This document shows positions 30,208-39,744 of a stretch of DNA of 64,000 nucleotides, piece after piece. This DNA comes from Giesbergeria sp. Its GTDB lineage: Bacteria; Pseudomonadota; Gammaproteobacteria; Burkholderiales; Burkholderiaceae_C. Where the stretch lies: contig NZ_JAQUCA010000006.1 in the NCBI RefSeq assembly GCF_028686475.1, forward strand, positions 69,648 to 133,647, written 5' to 3'. The position numbers and the translations under genes are program-made. Every line of letters begins with the position of its first letter. Within the stretch, counting starts at the first letter, position 1. The notes under the pieces were generated by a model, which made no database searches, was not told the DNA's origin, and saw only the letters and a list, made by a program, of their open reading frames with translations.

Positions 30208-31764
30208 ATGCTTGACGACAACCTCAAAGCCCAATTGAAGTCCTACTTGGAGCGCCTGCAACGCCCAGTGGAGCTGGTGGCCTCGCTGGACGACAGCGCC
30301 ACGTCGCGCGAGCTGAAAGAACTGCTGCACGATGTTGCTTCTGTTTCCGACAAGGTGACAGTGGTTGAAAACAACGATGCGGATACACGCAAGCCCTCGT
30401 TCTTGATTACCAACCCCGGCCAAGATAGCGGTCCGCGCTTTGCCGGTGTACCGCTGGGCCATGAATTTACCTCGCTGGTGCTGGCCTTGCTGCAAGTGGG
30501 TGGCCACCCCTCCAAAGAAGCCGCCGACCTGCTGGAGCAGGTGCGCGCCTTGGACGGTGATTTCCACTTTGAAACTTATTATTCGCTCAGCTGCCACAAC
30601 TGCCCCGACGTGGTGCAGGCGCTCAACCTGATGAGTGTGCTCAATCCGCGCATCACGCACACCGCGATTGATGGCGGCGTGTTCCAGCAAGAGATTGAAG
30701 CGCGCGAGATTATGGGCGTGCCGACCGTCTTCTTAAATGGCCAAAAATTCGGCCAAGGCCGCATGGAGCTGGCCGAGATTGTCGCCAAAATTGATACCGG
30801 TGCAAGCGCCAAAGAAGCCGCAAAAATCAGCGCCAAAGAAGCATTTGAAGTCTTGGTGGTGGGCGGTGGCCCCGCTGGCGCGGCGGCGGCTATTTATGCA
30901 GCACGCAAAGGCATTCGCACCGGCGTAGCCGCCGAACGCTTTGGCGGCCAGGTACTCGATACCGTGGACATCGAAAACTACATCTCGGTGCGTAAAACCG
31001 AAGGCCCCCAATTGGCCGCCGCGATGGAACACCATGTGCGCGACTATGAAGTCGATGTCATGAACCTGCAACGCGCCAAAGCCCTGATTCCAGCAGCCGA
31101 AGCTGGCGGCCTGATTGAGGTGCAATTAGAGAACGGGGCCAGCTTGCGTAGCAAGTCGGTGATTTTGGCCACGGGCGCACGCTGGCGCAACATGAACGTG
31201 CCCGGCGAGGAGCAATACCGCACCAAGGGCGTGACCTACTGCCCCCACTGCGATGGCCCACTGTTCAAGGGCAAGCGCGTGGCGGTGATTGGTGGCGGCA
31301 ACTCGGGGGTGGAAGCAGCGATTGATTTGGCCGGTGTGGTGGCCCATGTCACGGTGCTGGAGTTTGCCGCCGAACTCAAAGCCGATGCCGTGTTGCAACG
31401 CAAACTGCGTAGCCTGCCCAATGTGGACATTATTTTGAATGCCCAAACCACCGAAGTGAATGGCGATGGCCACAAAGTCACCGGCATCACCTACAAAGAC
31501 CGCAGCAACGAGCAAATCAAGCAGGTGGCATTGGAAGGGATTTTTGTGCAAATCGGCCTATTGCCCAACACCGATTGGCTCAAGGGCACGGTGGAACTGA
31601 ACCGCATGGGCGAGATTGTCATTGATGCCAAAGGCCACACCAATGTGCCAGGCGTGTTTGCCGCCGGAGATTGCACCAGCGTGCCCTACAAGCAAATCAT
31701 CATTGCCACCGGCGAAGGTGCCAAGGCGGCACTAAGCGCCTTTGACCACTTGATTCGGCACTGA
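30208..31764 (+). CDS. ahpF: Alkyl hydroperoxide reductase F
   Basis: SCHNC, GGGPAG, YCPHCDG, GGGNSG, AAGDC. Confidence 0.97.
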   Translation: MLDDNLKAQLKSYLERLQRPVELVASLDDSATSRELKELLHDVASVSDKVTVVENNDADTRKPSFLITNPGQDSGPRFAGVPLGHEFTSLVLALLQVGGHPSKEAADLLEQVRALDGDFHFETYYSLSCHNCPDVVQALNLMSVLNPRITHTAIDGGVFQQEIEAREIMGVPTVFLNGQKFGQGRMELAEIVAKIDTGASAKEAAKISAKEAFEVLVVGGGPAGAAAAIYAARKGIRTGVAAERFGGQVLDTVDIENYISVRKTEGPQLAAAMEHHVRDYEVDVMNLQRAKALIPAAEAGGLIEVQLENGASLRSKSVILATGARWRNMNVPGEEQYRTKGVTYCPHCDGPLFKGKRVAVIGGGNSGVEAAIDLAGVVAHVTVLEFAAELKADAVLQRKLRSLPNVDIILNAQTTEVNGDGHKVTGITYKDRSNEQIKQVALEGIFVQIGLLPNTDWLKGTVELNRMGEIVIDAKGHTNVPGVFAAGDCTSVPYKQIIIATGEGAKAALSAFDHLIRH

Positions 31765-31788
31765 CCACCCTACAAGCTGCTGTTTTCC

Positions 31789-32610
31789 TCAACCGAACTG
31801 GTGCGCGACTTGGTATTGGGCATACAGTTCGCGCAGCTTCTCACGCAAAGAACTCATGCCGCCGCTGACGTAAACCCAATTGCCGTGGGCGGCACGCACA
31901 CTGTCCACCGAGGCATGGCGGATGAAATCGGTCATGAAAAGGACAGGATTGTTGCTTTTGGATAAGGCCACCAGCTGGGTGCTGTTGCGTGCATCGGCAG
32001 GCACAAAGGCCAGTTTGGCGAATTTGAAATCGCTTTTAATCATGTGCGCCTGCCCCGGCATCAAGCCAACGATAGTGGCAGCAAAGTTTTTGCCACTTTG
32101 TTTCGGCGTGCGCTGGGGGTCTTTTTTCAGCGGGATGTCTCTGGTGTCTTGCGCGTCTTGGCTGCCCACGGCTTGGGGTGCGGCGGCTGGTGCGGGTGGG
32201 GCTACTGGAGGCACTGGAGCTACTTGAACCGCTTCAGCTACTTTAGCCGTAGCGGGTGCAAACGGCTGCGTCGGCTGCACGCTTGTGGGTGTTGCTTCTT
32301 GTACGACAACTGGAGCCGCTTGTACCGTAGCGGGCGCAATCGGCGGTGCTGCGCTGGAAAAAGGCGGCACCACCGGTTGCGCCAACAAATTAATCGGAAT
32401 TTGAATCGGCTGAATCTGCGCCAAAGCTGCGGCAATTTTGCTGTGTACGTCTTTGGTCGCCTCTGCAATCATCGCGTTAATTTTTGCTTCGATTTCATGG
32501 CGCAGTGGCTCGACCAGCGCCTCCACAATCGAGCTGGCCACCGACTGGGCGATGCCGTGACATGCCGTTTGCAAGGTGCTGGTGTCTGGGCGGGTAATGT
32601 GGTCTGGCAT
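31789..32610 (-). CDS. Hypothetical protein: helical N-terminus, Pro/Ala linker, DUF2325-like C-terminal domain
   Basis: Start chosen at ATG 32610 (GGAG upstream) because the longer ORF overlaps ccoG; C-terminal IVGL...LFMTDFIRH...GGMSSL pattern. Confidence 0.55.
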   Translation of the reverse strand: MPDHITRPDTSTLQTACHGIAQSVASSIVEALVEPLRHEIEAKINAMIAEATKDVHSKIAAALAQIQPIQIPINLLAQPVVPPFSSAAPPIAPATVQAAPVVVQEATPTSVQPTQPFAPATAKVAEAVQVAPVPPVAPPAPAAAPQAVGSQDAQDTRDIPLKKDPQRTPKQSGKNFAATIVGLMPGQAHMIKSDFKFAKLAFVPADARNSTQLVALSKSNNPVLFMTDFIRHASVDSVRAAHGNWVYVSGGMSSLREKLRELYAQYQVAHQFG

Positions 32611-32720
32611 AGGGCGCTCCGTTTGGAAAAAAGACCGATTGTGGCCCTGTTTTGCGTGCGCGCAGGCGGGCTTGGTGGGTGTCACGGAGACCTTAAACCA
32701 CCAAGCAGGGGCGTGGCTGC

Positions 32721-32749
32721 ATCTGATAGGCACCAGATAGCCGCATCTG
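32721..32749. promoter_or_regulatory. Candidate operator upstream of ccoG
   Basis: ATCTG-N8-CAGAT inverted repeat plus a third ATCTG at 32745. Confidence 0.4.
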
Positions 32750-32841
32750 CTGCTGTTATCTATGCGCCTGCCATTCCATAGTGGAGGTCTTGAAGCCGGG
32801 GGCGTTGTGTGCGCCCACCAGCCCTTGTTGCAAGGCCTTTT

Positions 32842-34287
32842 ATGTCTGACCCTTCTCTTCCTCCACCTGCGCCCGTAGCGCGCAAAGTCATTCCCATCAC
32901 CCCAGAGCCTGCGGCCTCGGTTCCGTTTTACGCGGCGCAGGTCAAAATTCAGCCGCGCTCTATCAAGGGGGTGCTGGCACGCTGGCGCTGGATTATGGTC
33001 TGGCTGACACAACTGTTCTTTTATATCGTGCCGTGGTTGCAATGGAACGGGCGCCAGATGTTGCTGTTCGATTTGGAGCAGCGGCACTTTTACCTGTTTG
33101 GGTGGCTGCTGTACCCGCAAGACTTTATCTACCTGACAGCCTTGCTGATTATTTCGGCGCTATCGCTGTTTTTGTTCACAGCGGTGGCAGGGCGCTTGTG
33201 GTGTGGCTTTGCCTGCCCGCAGACGGTCTATACCGAGATTTTTTTGTGGATTGAACACCATATCGAAGGCGACCGCAGCGCGCGCCTGCGTCTGGATGCT
33301 TCGCGCTGGACGACCGATAAGCTGTGGCGCAAATCGCTCAAGCAATTTTTGTGGCTGGCCGTGGCACTGTGGACAGGCTTTACCTTTGTCGGTTACTTTG
33401 TCCCCATTCGCACGCTGGCGCTAGAAGTCATGGCGCTGCAAGGTGGCTGGCAAATTTTCTGGGTGCTGTTTTATGCACTGGCGACCTATGGCAATGCGGG
33501 CTTTTTGCGCGAGCAAATCTGCAAATACATGTGTCCCTATGCGCGTTTTCAGAGTGCAATGTTTGACCCTGACACGCTGATTGTTACCTACGATGCTGCG
33601 CGCGGCGAGACGCGCGGGCCACGCAGCAAAACCATAGATGCCAAAGCGCAAGGGCTGGGCGATTGCATTGACTGCACCTTGTGCGTGCAGGTGTGCCCGG
33701 TGGGCATCGACATCCGCAAGGGCTTGCAGTACGAGTGCATCGGTTGTGGCTTGTGTGTAGATGCCTGCAACTCGGTGATGGACAAAATGCAGTATGCGCG
33801 TGGCCTGATTCGTTACACCACAGCCAATGCCTTGGCCCAAGGTTGGGGCGCGGCGCAGGTATTGCGGCGCGTACTGCGCCCGCGTGTGCTGATTTATAGC
33901 GTGGCACTGGTGGCCCTGACGGTGGCGATGGTGGCCAGTTTGGCGGTGCGGACTCCCTTGAAAGTGGATGTGATTCGTGACCGGGGTGTGCTGGCGCGGC
34001 AGGTAGGGCCAGGGCAGGTAGAAAACGTCTATCGCTTACAGATGGCCAATGCCACCGAGCAACCCCAACGCTACCGCATCACCGCCAGTGGCATTGCGGG
34101 TTTGCAGGTTGCGTCAGAGGCCGAGGTAGAAGTGCAGGCCGCCAGTTCGCGCTGGGTGGTGCTGCGCTTGCGCGCGCCCCACGATGCTCTGCCCAGCGGC
34201 CCCCATCCGGTGGCGCTAGATTTTGTCGCTTTGGGGCAGCCGGGGCTGGCGCTGCGCGAGAACACCACCTTCTTGTTGCCACGCTGA
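32842..34287 (+). CDS. ccoG: CcoG/FixG/RdxA family 4Fe-4S membrane protein
   Basis: GRLWCGFACPQT, CKYMCPYARFQ, CIDCTLCVQVCP, CIGCGLCVDAC, NVYRL. Confidence 0.92.
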   Translation: MSDPSLPPPAPVARKVIPITPEPAASVPFYAAQVKIQPRSIKGVLARWRWIMVWLTQLFFYIVPWLQWNGRQMLLFDLEQRHFYLFGWLLYPQDFIYLTALLIISALSLFLFTAVAGRLWCGFACPQTVYTEIFLWIEHHIEGDRSARLRLDASRWTTDKLWRKSLKQFLWLAVALWTGFTFVGYFVPIRTLALEVMALQGGWQIFWVLFYALATYGNAGFLREQICKYMCPYARFQSAMFDPDTLIVTYDAARGETRGPRSKTIDAKAQGLGDCIDCTLCVQVCPVGIDIRKGLQYECIGCGLCVDACNSVMDKMQYARGLIRYTTANALAQGWGAAQVLRRVLRPRVLIYSVALVALTVAMVASLAVRTPLKVDVIRDRGVLARQVGPGQVENVYRLQMANATEQPQRYRITASGIAGLQVASEAEVEVQAASSRWVVLRLRAPHDALPSGPHPVALDFVALGQPGLALRENTTFLLPR

Positions 34288-34289
34288 TG

Positions 34290-35708
34290 CTATGTCTGCC
34301 CTGCACCGGCCAGTTGACCCAGCGTGGCCAAGGCCTGCTCGGTGCGGGCGTTCCAAGCATGGCCGTAGTTCAGGCGCAAGCAATGGCTAAAAGCGTGCGA
34401 TGCCGAAAAGATAGGCCCCGGCGCGATGCTGATGTGCTGGGCCAGCGCCTGTTGGTGCAGGCGCAGTGCATCGCAGCCCTCGGGCAACTCGACCCACAAA
34501 AAGTAGCCACCCTCGGGCCGGGTGGCGCGCGTGCCTACGGGAAAGTAATGCCCTACCGCCTCGGCAAACTGCGCCTGCTGTGCGATAAATGTCTGGCGCA
34601 ATTTACGCAAATGCTTGTCAAAGCCCCCTTGCTCTAAATACAGCGCCAGCGCCATTTGTACCGGCACCGAGGCACTGAGTGTAGTGGTGAGCTTTTGCCG
34701 TGCTACGGCACGGGCAAAGCGTCCCGGTGCGGCCCAGCCGATGCGGTAGCCCGGTGCCAAACATTTGGAAAACGAAGAGCAATGCAGCACCAGCCCTTCG
34801 GTATCAAACGCCTTGGCGGGCAGCGGACGCTGGTCGCCGAAATACAGTTCGGCATAGACATCGTCTTCAATCAGCGGCAGTTGGTAGCGCGTGATGAGTT
34901 CTACCAGCGCTTTCTTCTTGGCCGTAGGCAACAAACTGCCCAGCGGGTTCTGAAAGTTGGTCATCAGCCAACAGGCTTGGGGGCGGTGGCGCACAATGGC
35001 AGCCTCCAGCGCCGCTAAATCAATGCCCTCGCGCGGGTGGGTGGGCACCTCGATGGCTTGCAGCCCTTGGCGCTCCAACGCTTGCAAGGCGGCATAAAAG
35101 GTGGGGGATTCCACCACCACTGCATCCCCAGGCCGGGTCACGGCAGACAGGCACAGATTGAGCGCCTCCAGCGCGCCATTGGTAATCACAATGTCTTCGG
35201 CGGGCACGGCAACCCCGGCGGCCAGATAGCGCAGAGCGATTTGGCGGCGCAAACCCGCATGGCCGGGGGTGAGGTCGTCCACCGTACTCCAAGGGTCAAG
35301 CGTGCGTGCGCTGGCGGCCAGGCATTGGCCTAGGCGTTGCAGTGGATACAGCAGCGGGCTGGGAAAGGCCGACCCCAGTGGCACCACCTGCCGCGCCATG
35401 CTCGATTGCAGCACCTCAAACACCCGCTCACTCACATCGACGGCAATGGCTTCGTTGCTGGGCTGGGAGGGCCGTTCTGGCTCTGGCGGCGCACGGCGCA
35501 AGCTGGGGTTGACAAAATAGCCGAAGCGTTCACGCGCTTGCACCAAACCACGCGCTTCTAGCAGGTAGTAAGCCTGAAACACCGTGGATGCGCTCACCCC
35601 CCGGCTGGTGCAGGTATGGCGCACCGACGGCAAGCGGTCACCAGGGCGCAACAGCCCGCTATGGATAGAGCTGGCAATATCAGCGGCTAAAATTTCGTAA
35701 CGTTTCAT
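34290..35708 (-). CDS. MocR/GabR family PLP-dependent GntR regulator
   Basis: GDRLPSVR winged HTH, IEDDVY, SFSKCLAPGYRIGW with the PLP lysine. Confidence 0.92.
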   Translation of the reverse strand: MKRYEILAADIASSIHSGLLRPGDRLPSVRHTCTSRGVSASTVFQAYYLLEARGLVQARERFGYFVNPSLRRAPPEPERPSQPSNEAIAVDVSERVFEVLQSSMARQVVPLGSAFPSPLLYPLQRLGQCLAASARTLDPWSTVDDLTPGHAGLRRQIALRYLAAGVAVPAEDIVITNGALEALNLCLSAVTRPGDAVVVESPTFYAALQALERQGLQAIEVPTHPREGIDLAALEAAIVRHRPQACWLMTNFQNPLGSLLPTAKKKALVELITRYQLPLIEDDVYAELYFGDQRPLPAKAFDTEGLVLHCSSFSKCLAPGYRIGWAAPGRFARAVARQKLTTTLSASVPVQMALALYLEQGGFDKHLRKLRQTFIAQQAQFAEAVGHYFPVGTRATRPEGGYFLWVELPEGCDALRLHQQALAQHISIAPGPIFSASHAFSHCLRLNYGHAWNARTEQALATLGQLAGAGQT

Positions 35709-35795
35709 GCGGTTTTTAGGCAACAAAATGCAGCCGCGCGAGAGCGCTGCGAGTGCAGCACTGGAACCAAGTTAGCATCAGGTGCTGAAACAGGC

Positions 35796-36200
35796 TTAGG
35801 TAACAACCCAGTTTTCTATTTCCAGACCGGGCACTCGGGCAAATTCGCCCATGTTGTTGGTGACCAAAATCAGCCCATCGCTGCGCGCGTGGGCTGCAAT
35901 ATGCAAGTCATTGACCCCTATCGGCTGCCCGGCCTTTTCTAGTTTGGCCCGGATAGCACCATAGTGTTGCGCTGCTTTGCTGCCGTAAGGCAGCACCTCA
36001 AGGCGGCTACAAAAATCCTCCACAGCGGCTAGATTCTTATGAACTTGGCTGCTTTTTTCTGCGCCATGCAAAAGCTCCGACAAAGTAATGGCAGAAATGG
36101 CCATACGGTGGGCATTTTGGTTGAAGGTGGACAGCACCTCAATCGGGCGGCGCTTGAGCACATAAATAACAATATTGGTGTCGAGCAAGTAGCGCAGCAT
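35796..36200 (-). CDS. vapC: VapC PIN-domain toxin
   Basis: YLLDTNIVI, SELLHG, GVNDLHIAAHA, LVTNN..EF; TGATG overlap with vapB. Confidence 0.93.
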   Translation of the reverse strand: MLRYLLDTNIVIYVLKRRPIEVLSTFNQNAHRMAISAITLSELLHGAEKSSQVHKNLAAVEDFCSRLEVLPYGSKAAQHYGAIRAKLEKAGQPIGVNDLHIAAHARSDGLILVTNNMGEFARVPGLEIENWVVT

Positions 36201-36439
36201 CAAAGCGCTTCCCGCTCTGTCTGCTGCTGGCTGGCGCGTTCGGCCATGAAATCATCACTGACTTCGGGGCCGTTCAGAAAAAAGCTGTCCCACGCCTGCC
36301 CCACGGGAACAATGATGCGCTCATTGCCTTTGGCCCGCACTTCTACTTTGTGGATGTGATCTGGCAAGCGCAGCGACACTGGCAGCCGAACTGCCTGTGT
36401 GCGATTGTTGCTAAAAACTGTGCTGACAAGCATAGACAC
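36200..36439 (-). CDS. vapB: VapB/VagC antitoxin (SpoVT/AbrB type)
   Basis: VFSNNRTQAVRLP, WDSFF, DDFMAER. Confidence 0.92.
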   Translation of the reverse strand: MSMLVSTVFSNNRTQAVRLPVSLRLPDHIHKVEVRAKGNERIIVPVGQAWDSFFLNGPEVSDDFMAERASQQQTEREAL

Positions 36440-36450
36440 CTCCTTGCATG

Positions 36451-36469
36451 TATATATCTTGAGTATATA
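36451..36469. promoter_or_regulatory. Probable vapBC autoregulatory operator
   Basis: TATATA-N7-TATATA palindrome 12 bp upstream of the vapB start. Confidence 0.55.
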
Positions 36470-36496
36470 GCTCTGCTGTACTACATGCAGGCAGGC

Positions 36497-39097
36497 TTAG
36501 TTGGCGTAATAACTGGGCTGTGCCACCGAAGTCGGTTGCGCCTTGGGCAATTCAAATGCCTTGGCAGGCAGGGCATCGGCATTCAGGGATGGAGCCGTCT
36601 GGTTGTTCATCAACATGCCGCGCAACTTTTGCAAGCTCTCTTGGAACGAGCCGGTCAGGCGCTCACCCTCGGCGCGGCTGGTGACGATGTAGGGGGTGAT
36701 GGTAATGAGCAACTCGGTTTTTTCGTTGGTCTTTTTGGTCGAGCCAAACAAGCCACCCAAAATCGGGATGTCTTTAAAGCCCGGTAAACCCACCGCTTCG
36801 TTGTTGTTCTTGTTTTGAATCAAACCGGCCAGCATGATGGTTTTGCCATCTTCTACCGTGATGTCGGTGGTCACCTTGCGCTTAGAAAAGCTGGGGTATT
36901 GCGAGCCACCCGTCGAAACCGGGTTACCAATGCTGCTGACCTCTTGGGCAATGCTCAAGGACACATTGCCGGAAGAGGTAATGTTGGGTTTCACCTCTAA
37001 CAAAATCCCCGTAGGGCGGTATTGCACCGAGTTGGAGGTGGAGAAAGAACTGCCGCCCAACAAAGTCCCGCTCGATGGCGTGGAGACAGTTTGGGTAATC
37101 ACCGGGATTTCGTTGCCCACTTCAACCTTGGCAATTTTGCCGTCGCTGGCCAACACATGCGGGGTGGACAAAATATTGACATCGGTATCTTGGCCCAACA
37201 GGTTCAACATGCCAATCACCTGCCCGGCACTGCCAAATACCGCATAGTTCAGGCCGGAGCTGTTGCCCAACACGGCAGGCGTAGCACCACTGGCGCTGGT
37301 GGCGCGAGGAGCCAAAGCCCCTTCTAGGCCAACAAAGCCGGGCCAGCTTTTGCCGTTGTGCGATAAGGCCGATTTCAGCCACCACTCGACGCCGTATTGC
37401 AGGGTATCGGTCAGGGTGACTTCGGCCACCATCACTTGAATCAGCACTTGGCGCGGCGAGGAGTCTAGGCGCTCTAACACCTTGCGGATTTGTTGGTAAT
37501 CTTGCGCCGAAGCCCGAATGATGAGCGAGTTGCTGCCCTCATCGGCAATCACTTGCACCGAGCCACCCAAGCCGGTGCCGCTACCACTGCTGCCAGCGGC
37601 GCTGGGCACATTGCCGCCGCGCTCAATGGTGCGCGTGGTGCCTGCTGCATTGGCAGCGCCACCACTGGCAGCACCCAAACCACCAGCGCCAGCACCACCG
37701 GCAGAAGCGCTACCAAAGGCTGAGCTATTGGCCGAAGGCAGACCCGAGGCCCCGGTGTTGTTGCTGGGTGCCGCCGCACCGCCAAACAACTGCTGCAAAA
37801 TGTTGGCCAAATGCGGGGCGTTGCTGTTGACCACCGGATAGACATGCACATAAGCGCCCAAACCATTGCGCGGCTCGGCATCCAGGGTTTTAACCCATTG
37901 CTCGGCGGCCTGCATCAGCTTGTCGTTGGCCGTGGCGACCAGCAAGGCGTTCATGCGTACCACCGGCAGCACATACACTTTGGCGGCATCGGTGCCGGCC
38001 CAGTTGAACAGGCCCGAGGTTTTGAACAGCCCTTCCAATTCTTTGGCCATGTCGGGCGCTTCGGCGTGCGACAAGGGCAATAGCTTGACTTGGATGTGGT
38101 TGAAATAATCCACGTCCAAGGTTTTTACCATGTCGATGATTTTGTCCACATTGGCTTGCCGGTCGGTGACAATCAAATGCTTGTTGGCCGGGTCGTTGGT
38201 GATGGCCGCCTGCGGGCCGACAAAATTACGCAAAGTGTTGACCAACTGGTTAGCCTGCACAAATTGCAACGGAATAATCTGCATCACCAAAGAGGCCGGC
38301 CCCACGCCTTGCTTGGCCACCGAATCGCGCACCGCCGCAGCATCACGCAGCACTTTGTAGGTTTTGCCTTGGCGCACGATGGCGATATTGCTGGTGGCCA
38401 AAGCGGTTTCTAGGGCGCTAAAAATATCGGCCATGCTGATGGCCCCCGTACTTTTGAGCGTGATACGCCCCTGCAAAGAGGGGTCAATGATGTAGTCGAG
38501 CTTGAGAATATCGCCCAGCACCACCTGCAAGACATCGTAAATATCGGCGTTGTCAAATTTGAGTGTCACACCGGGATTGGGGGTGTTGGACAACTCCGTC
38601 CCGGCAAAGCTGGGGGCAGCTGGGGCCGCAGCGGGCACCGCCACACTGGGGGCTGTGGCACCAGCGGCACCAGCAGCACCAGCAGCACTAGGGGCGCTAG
38701 AGGCACGCAAGGCAGCACCCAGAGGGCTAGGGGCCGCAGCGGGGGTGCTGCTGCTACCCGGCACCAGCACCGGATTGGATACTGCTGGCGTTGGCGTTGG
38801 CGTTGGACTAGGTGCAGGTGCAGAAACTGGTGCAGGCGCTGGTACAGGCCGGGGTTTACCAACTCCCAACAGGGTCGAGAGCGATGTGCTGGGTGCTGCC
38901 TCTTGCGCGGGCGCGGGGGCAGCGGCACTGGGGGCAGCAGCTGGGGCGGGGGTAGCCACTTGCATCGGTTGGCCGGTGAATGGGTTGATGGGCGCCTGCG
39001 GCTGTGCCCAAACCGACGGCGTGAGCAGCACCACGCTGGGAGCCAACAAGCTGGCCAGCACCATCTGACGCAACACGGGAGGAGAGAATTTTTTCAT
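36497..39097 (-). CDS. gspD: Type II secretion secretin GspD
   Basis: N0 domain (TLKFDNADI..VL), QVLIQVMVAEV, LSTPHVLA, GNEIPV, KTELLITITPYIV. Confidence 0.93.
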   Translation of the reverse strand: MKKFSPPVLRQMVLASLLAPSVVLLTPSVWAQPQAPINPFTGQPMQVATPAPAAAPSAAAPAPAQEAAPSTSLSTLLGVGKPRPVPAPAPVSAPAPSPTPTPTPAVSNPVLVPGSSSTPAAAPSPLGAALRASSAPSAAGAAGAAGATAPSVAVPAAAPAAPSFAGTELSNTPNPGVTLKFDNADIYDVLQVVLGDILKLDYIIDPSLQGRITLKSTGAISMADIFSALETALATSNIAIVRQGKTYKVLRDAAAVRDSVAKQGVGPASLVMQIIPLQFVQANQLVNTLRNFVGPQAAITNDPANKHLIVTDRQANVDKIIDMVKTLDVDYFNHIQVKLLPLSHAEAPDMAKELEGLFKTSGLFNWAGTDAAKVYVLPVVRMNALLVATANDKLMQAAEQWVKTLDAEPRNGLGAYVHVYPVVNSNAPHLANILQQLFGGAAAPSNNTGASGLPSANSSAFGSASAGGAGAGGLGAASGGAANAAGTTRTIERGGNVPSAAGSSGSGTGLGGSVQVIADEGSNSLIIRASAQDYQQIRKVLERLDSSPRQVLIQVMVAEVTLTDTLQYGVEWWLKSALSHNGKSWPGFVGLEGALAPRATSASGATPAVLGNSSGLNYAVFGSAGQVIGMLNLLGQDTDVNILSTPHVLASDGKIAKVEVGNEIPVITQTVSTPSSGTLLGGSSFSTSNSVQYRPTGILLEVKPNITSSGNVSLSIAQEVSSIGNPVSTGGSQYPSFSKRKVTTDITVEDGKTIMLAGLIQNKNNNEAVGLPGFKDIPILGGLFGSTKKTNEKTELLITITPYIVTSRAEGERLTGSFQESLQKLRGMLMNNQTAPSLNADALPAKAFELPKAQPTSVAQPSYYAN

Positions 39098-39744
39098 TAT
39101 GATTTGCTGGGATTCTGGGAAGGATTGGTTTTTTTGCTGCTGCTGGCCGTGACGCTGCTCCAGCCTTCGGGCATGGGTTTGAAGTGCAGACTGCTCAGGC
39201 GCAGGCGAATATCGAGCTGCTGGCCGCCGCGCTGGGGGTCGGGCACCACGCGCAGTTCCAGATTGTCCACATCAACGCGTTTCGGCAGGCGCGCCAAAGC
39301 CGCTTGCAAGCGCGGCAATTGCTGGGGCACGCCGTTGAAATGGGCGCTAATGCTGATGCGGCTGGCCACACTGTTGAGGGGCTGCTGCTGCGGCTCGTTC
39401 CATTGGATGTCAGAAAAGTAGAGCGATTGCAACATTTGTTGCACCTGGGCCTGCATTTTTTGCGTGGCCGCTGGGGCCTCGGCATCGACAAACCATTTTT
39501 GCGCCAGTGGCCCAAAATCAGGTTCTAGTTTGTCGTGGCTGGCGCTGATGTTGGCATCCAGCGCTAACACGCTTTGGTTGTTTTCTGCCGTCATTTGCTG
39601 GTCGAAGACTTCTTCACGCTTTTCTAGGTAGCCGTCGATATGCTCATCAAACAGCGATGCCAGCAGCAGCACCACCACCACGGGAAAGGCAAAATACTTG
39701 ATACCGTGCTCCCGGTACACACGTTTAGCGGCACGTTTCATCAT
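39097..39744 (-). CDS. gspM: GspM-like inner membrane component
   Basis: One N-terminal TM helix, coiled region, ferredoxin-like C-terminus; sits after the L-like gene. Confidence 0.6.
   Translation of the reverse strand: MMKRAAKRVYREHGIKYFAFPVVVVLLLASLFDEHIDGYLEKREEVFDQQMTAENNQSVLALDANISASHDKLEPDFGPLAQKWFVDAEAPAATQKMQAQVQQMLQSLYFSDIQWNEPQQQPLNSVASRISISAHFNGVPQQLPRLQAALARLPKRVDVDNLELRVVPDPQRGGQQLDIRLRLSSLHFKPMPEGWSSVTASSSKKTNPSQNPSKS

Noticed and set aside
29407-30690. 427-aa minus-strand ORF
   Set aside because: Antisense to ahpC and ahpF, which are unambiguous.
32611-33120. N-terminal extension of the 443-aa ORF
   Set aside because: Overlaps ccoG and its promoter; ATG 32610 has an RBS.
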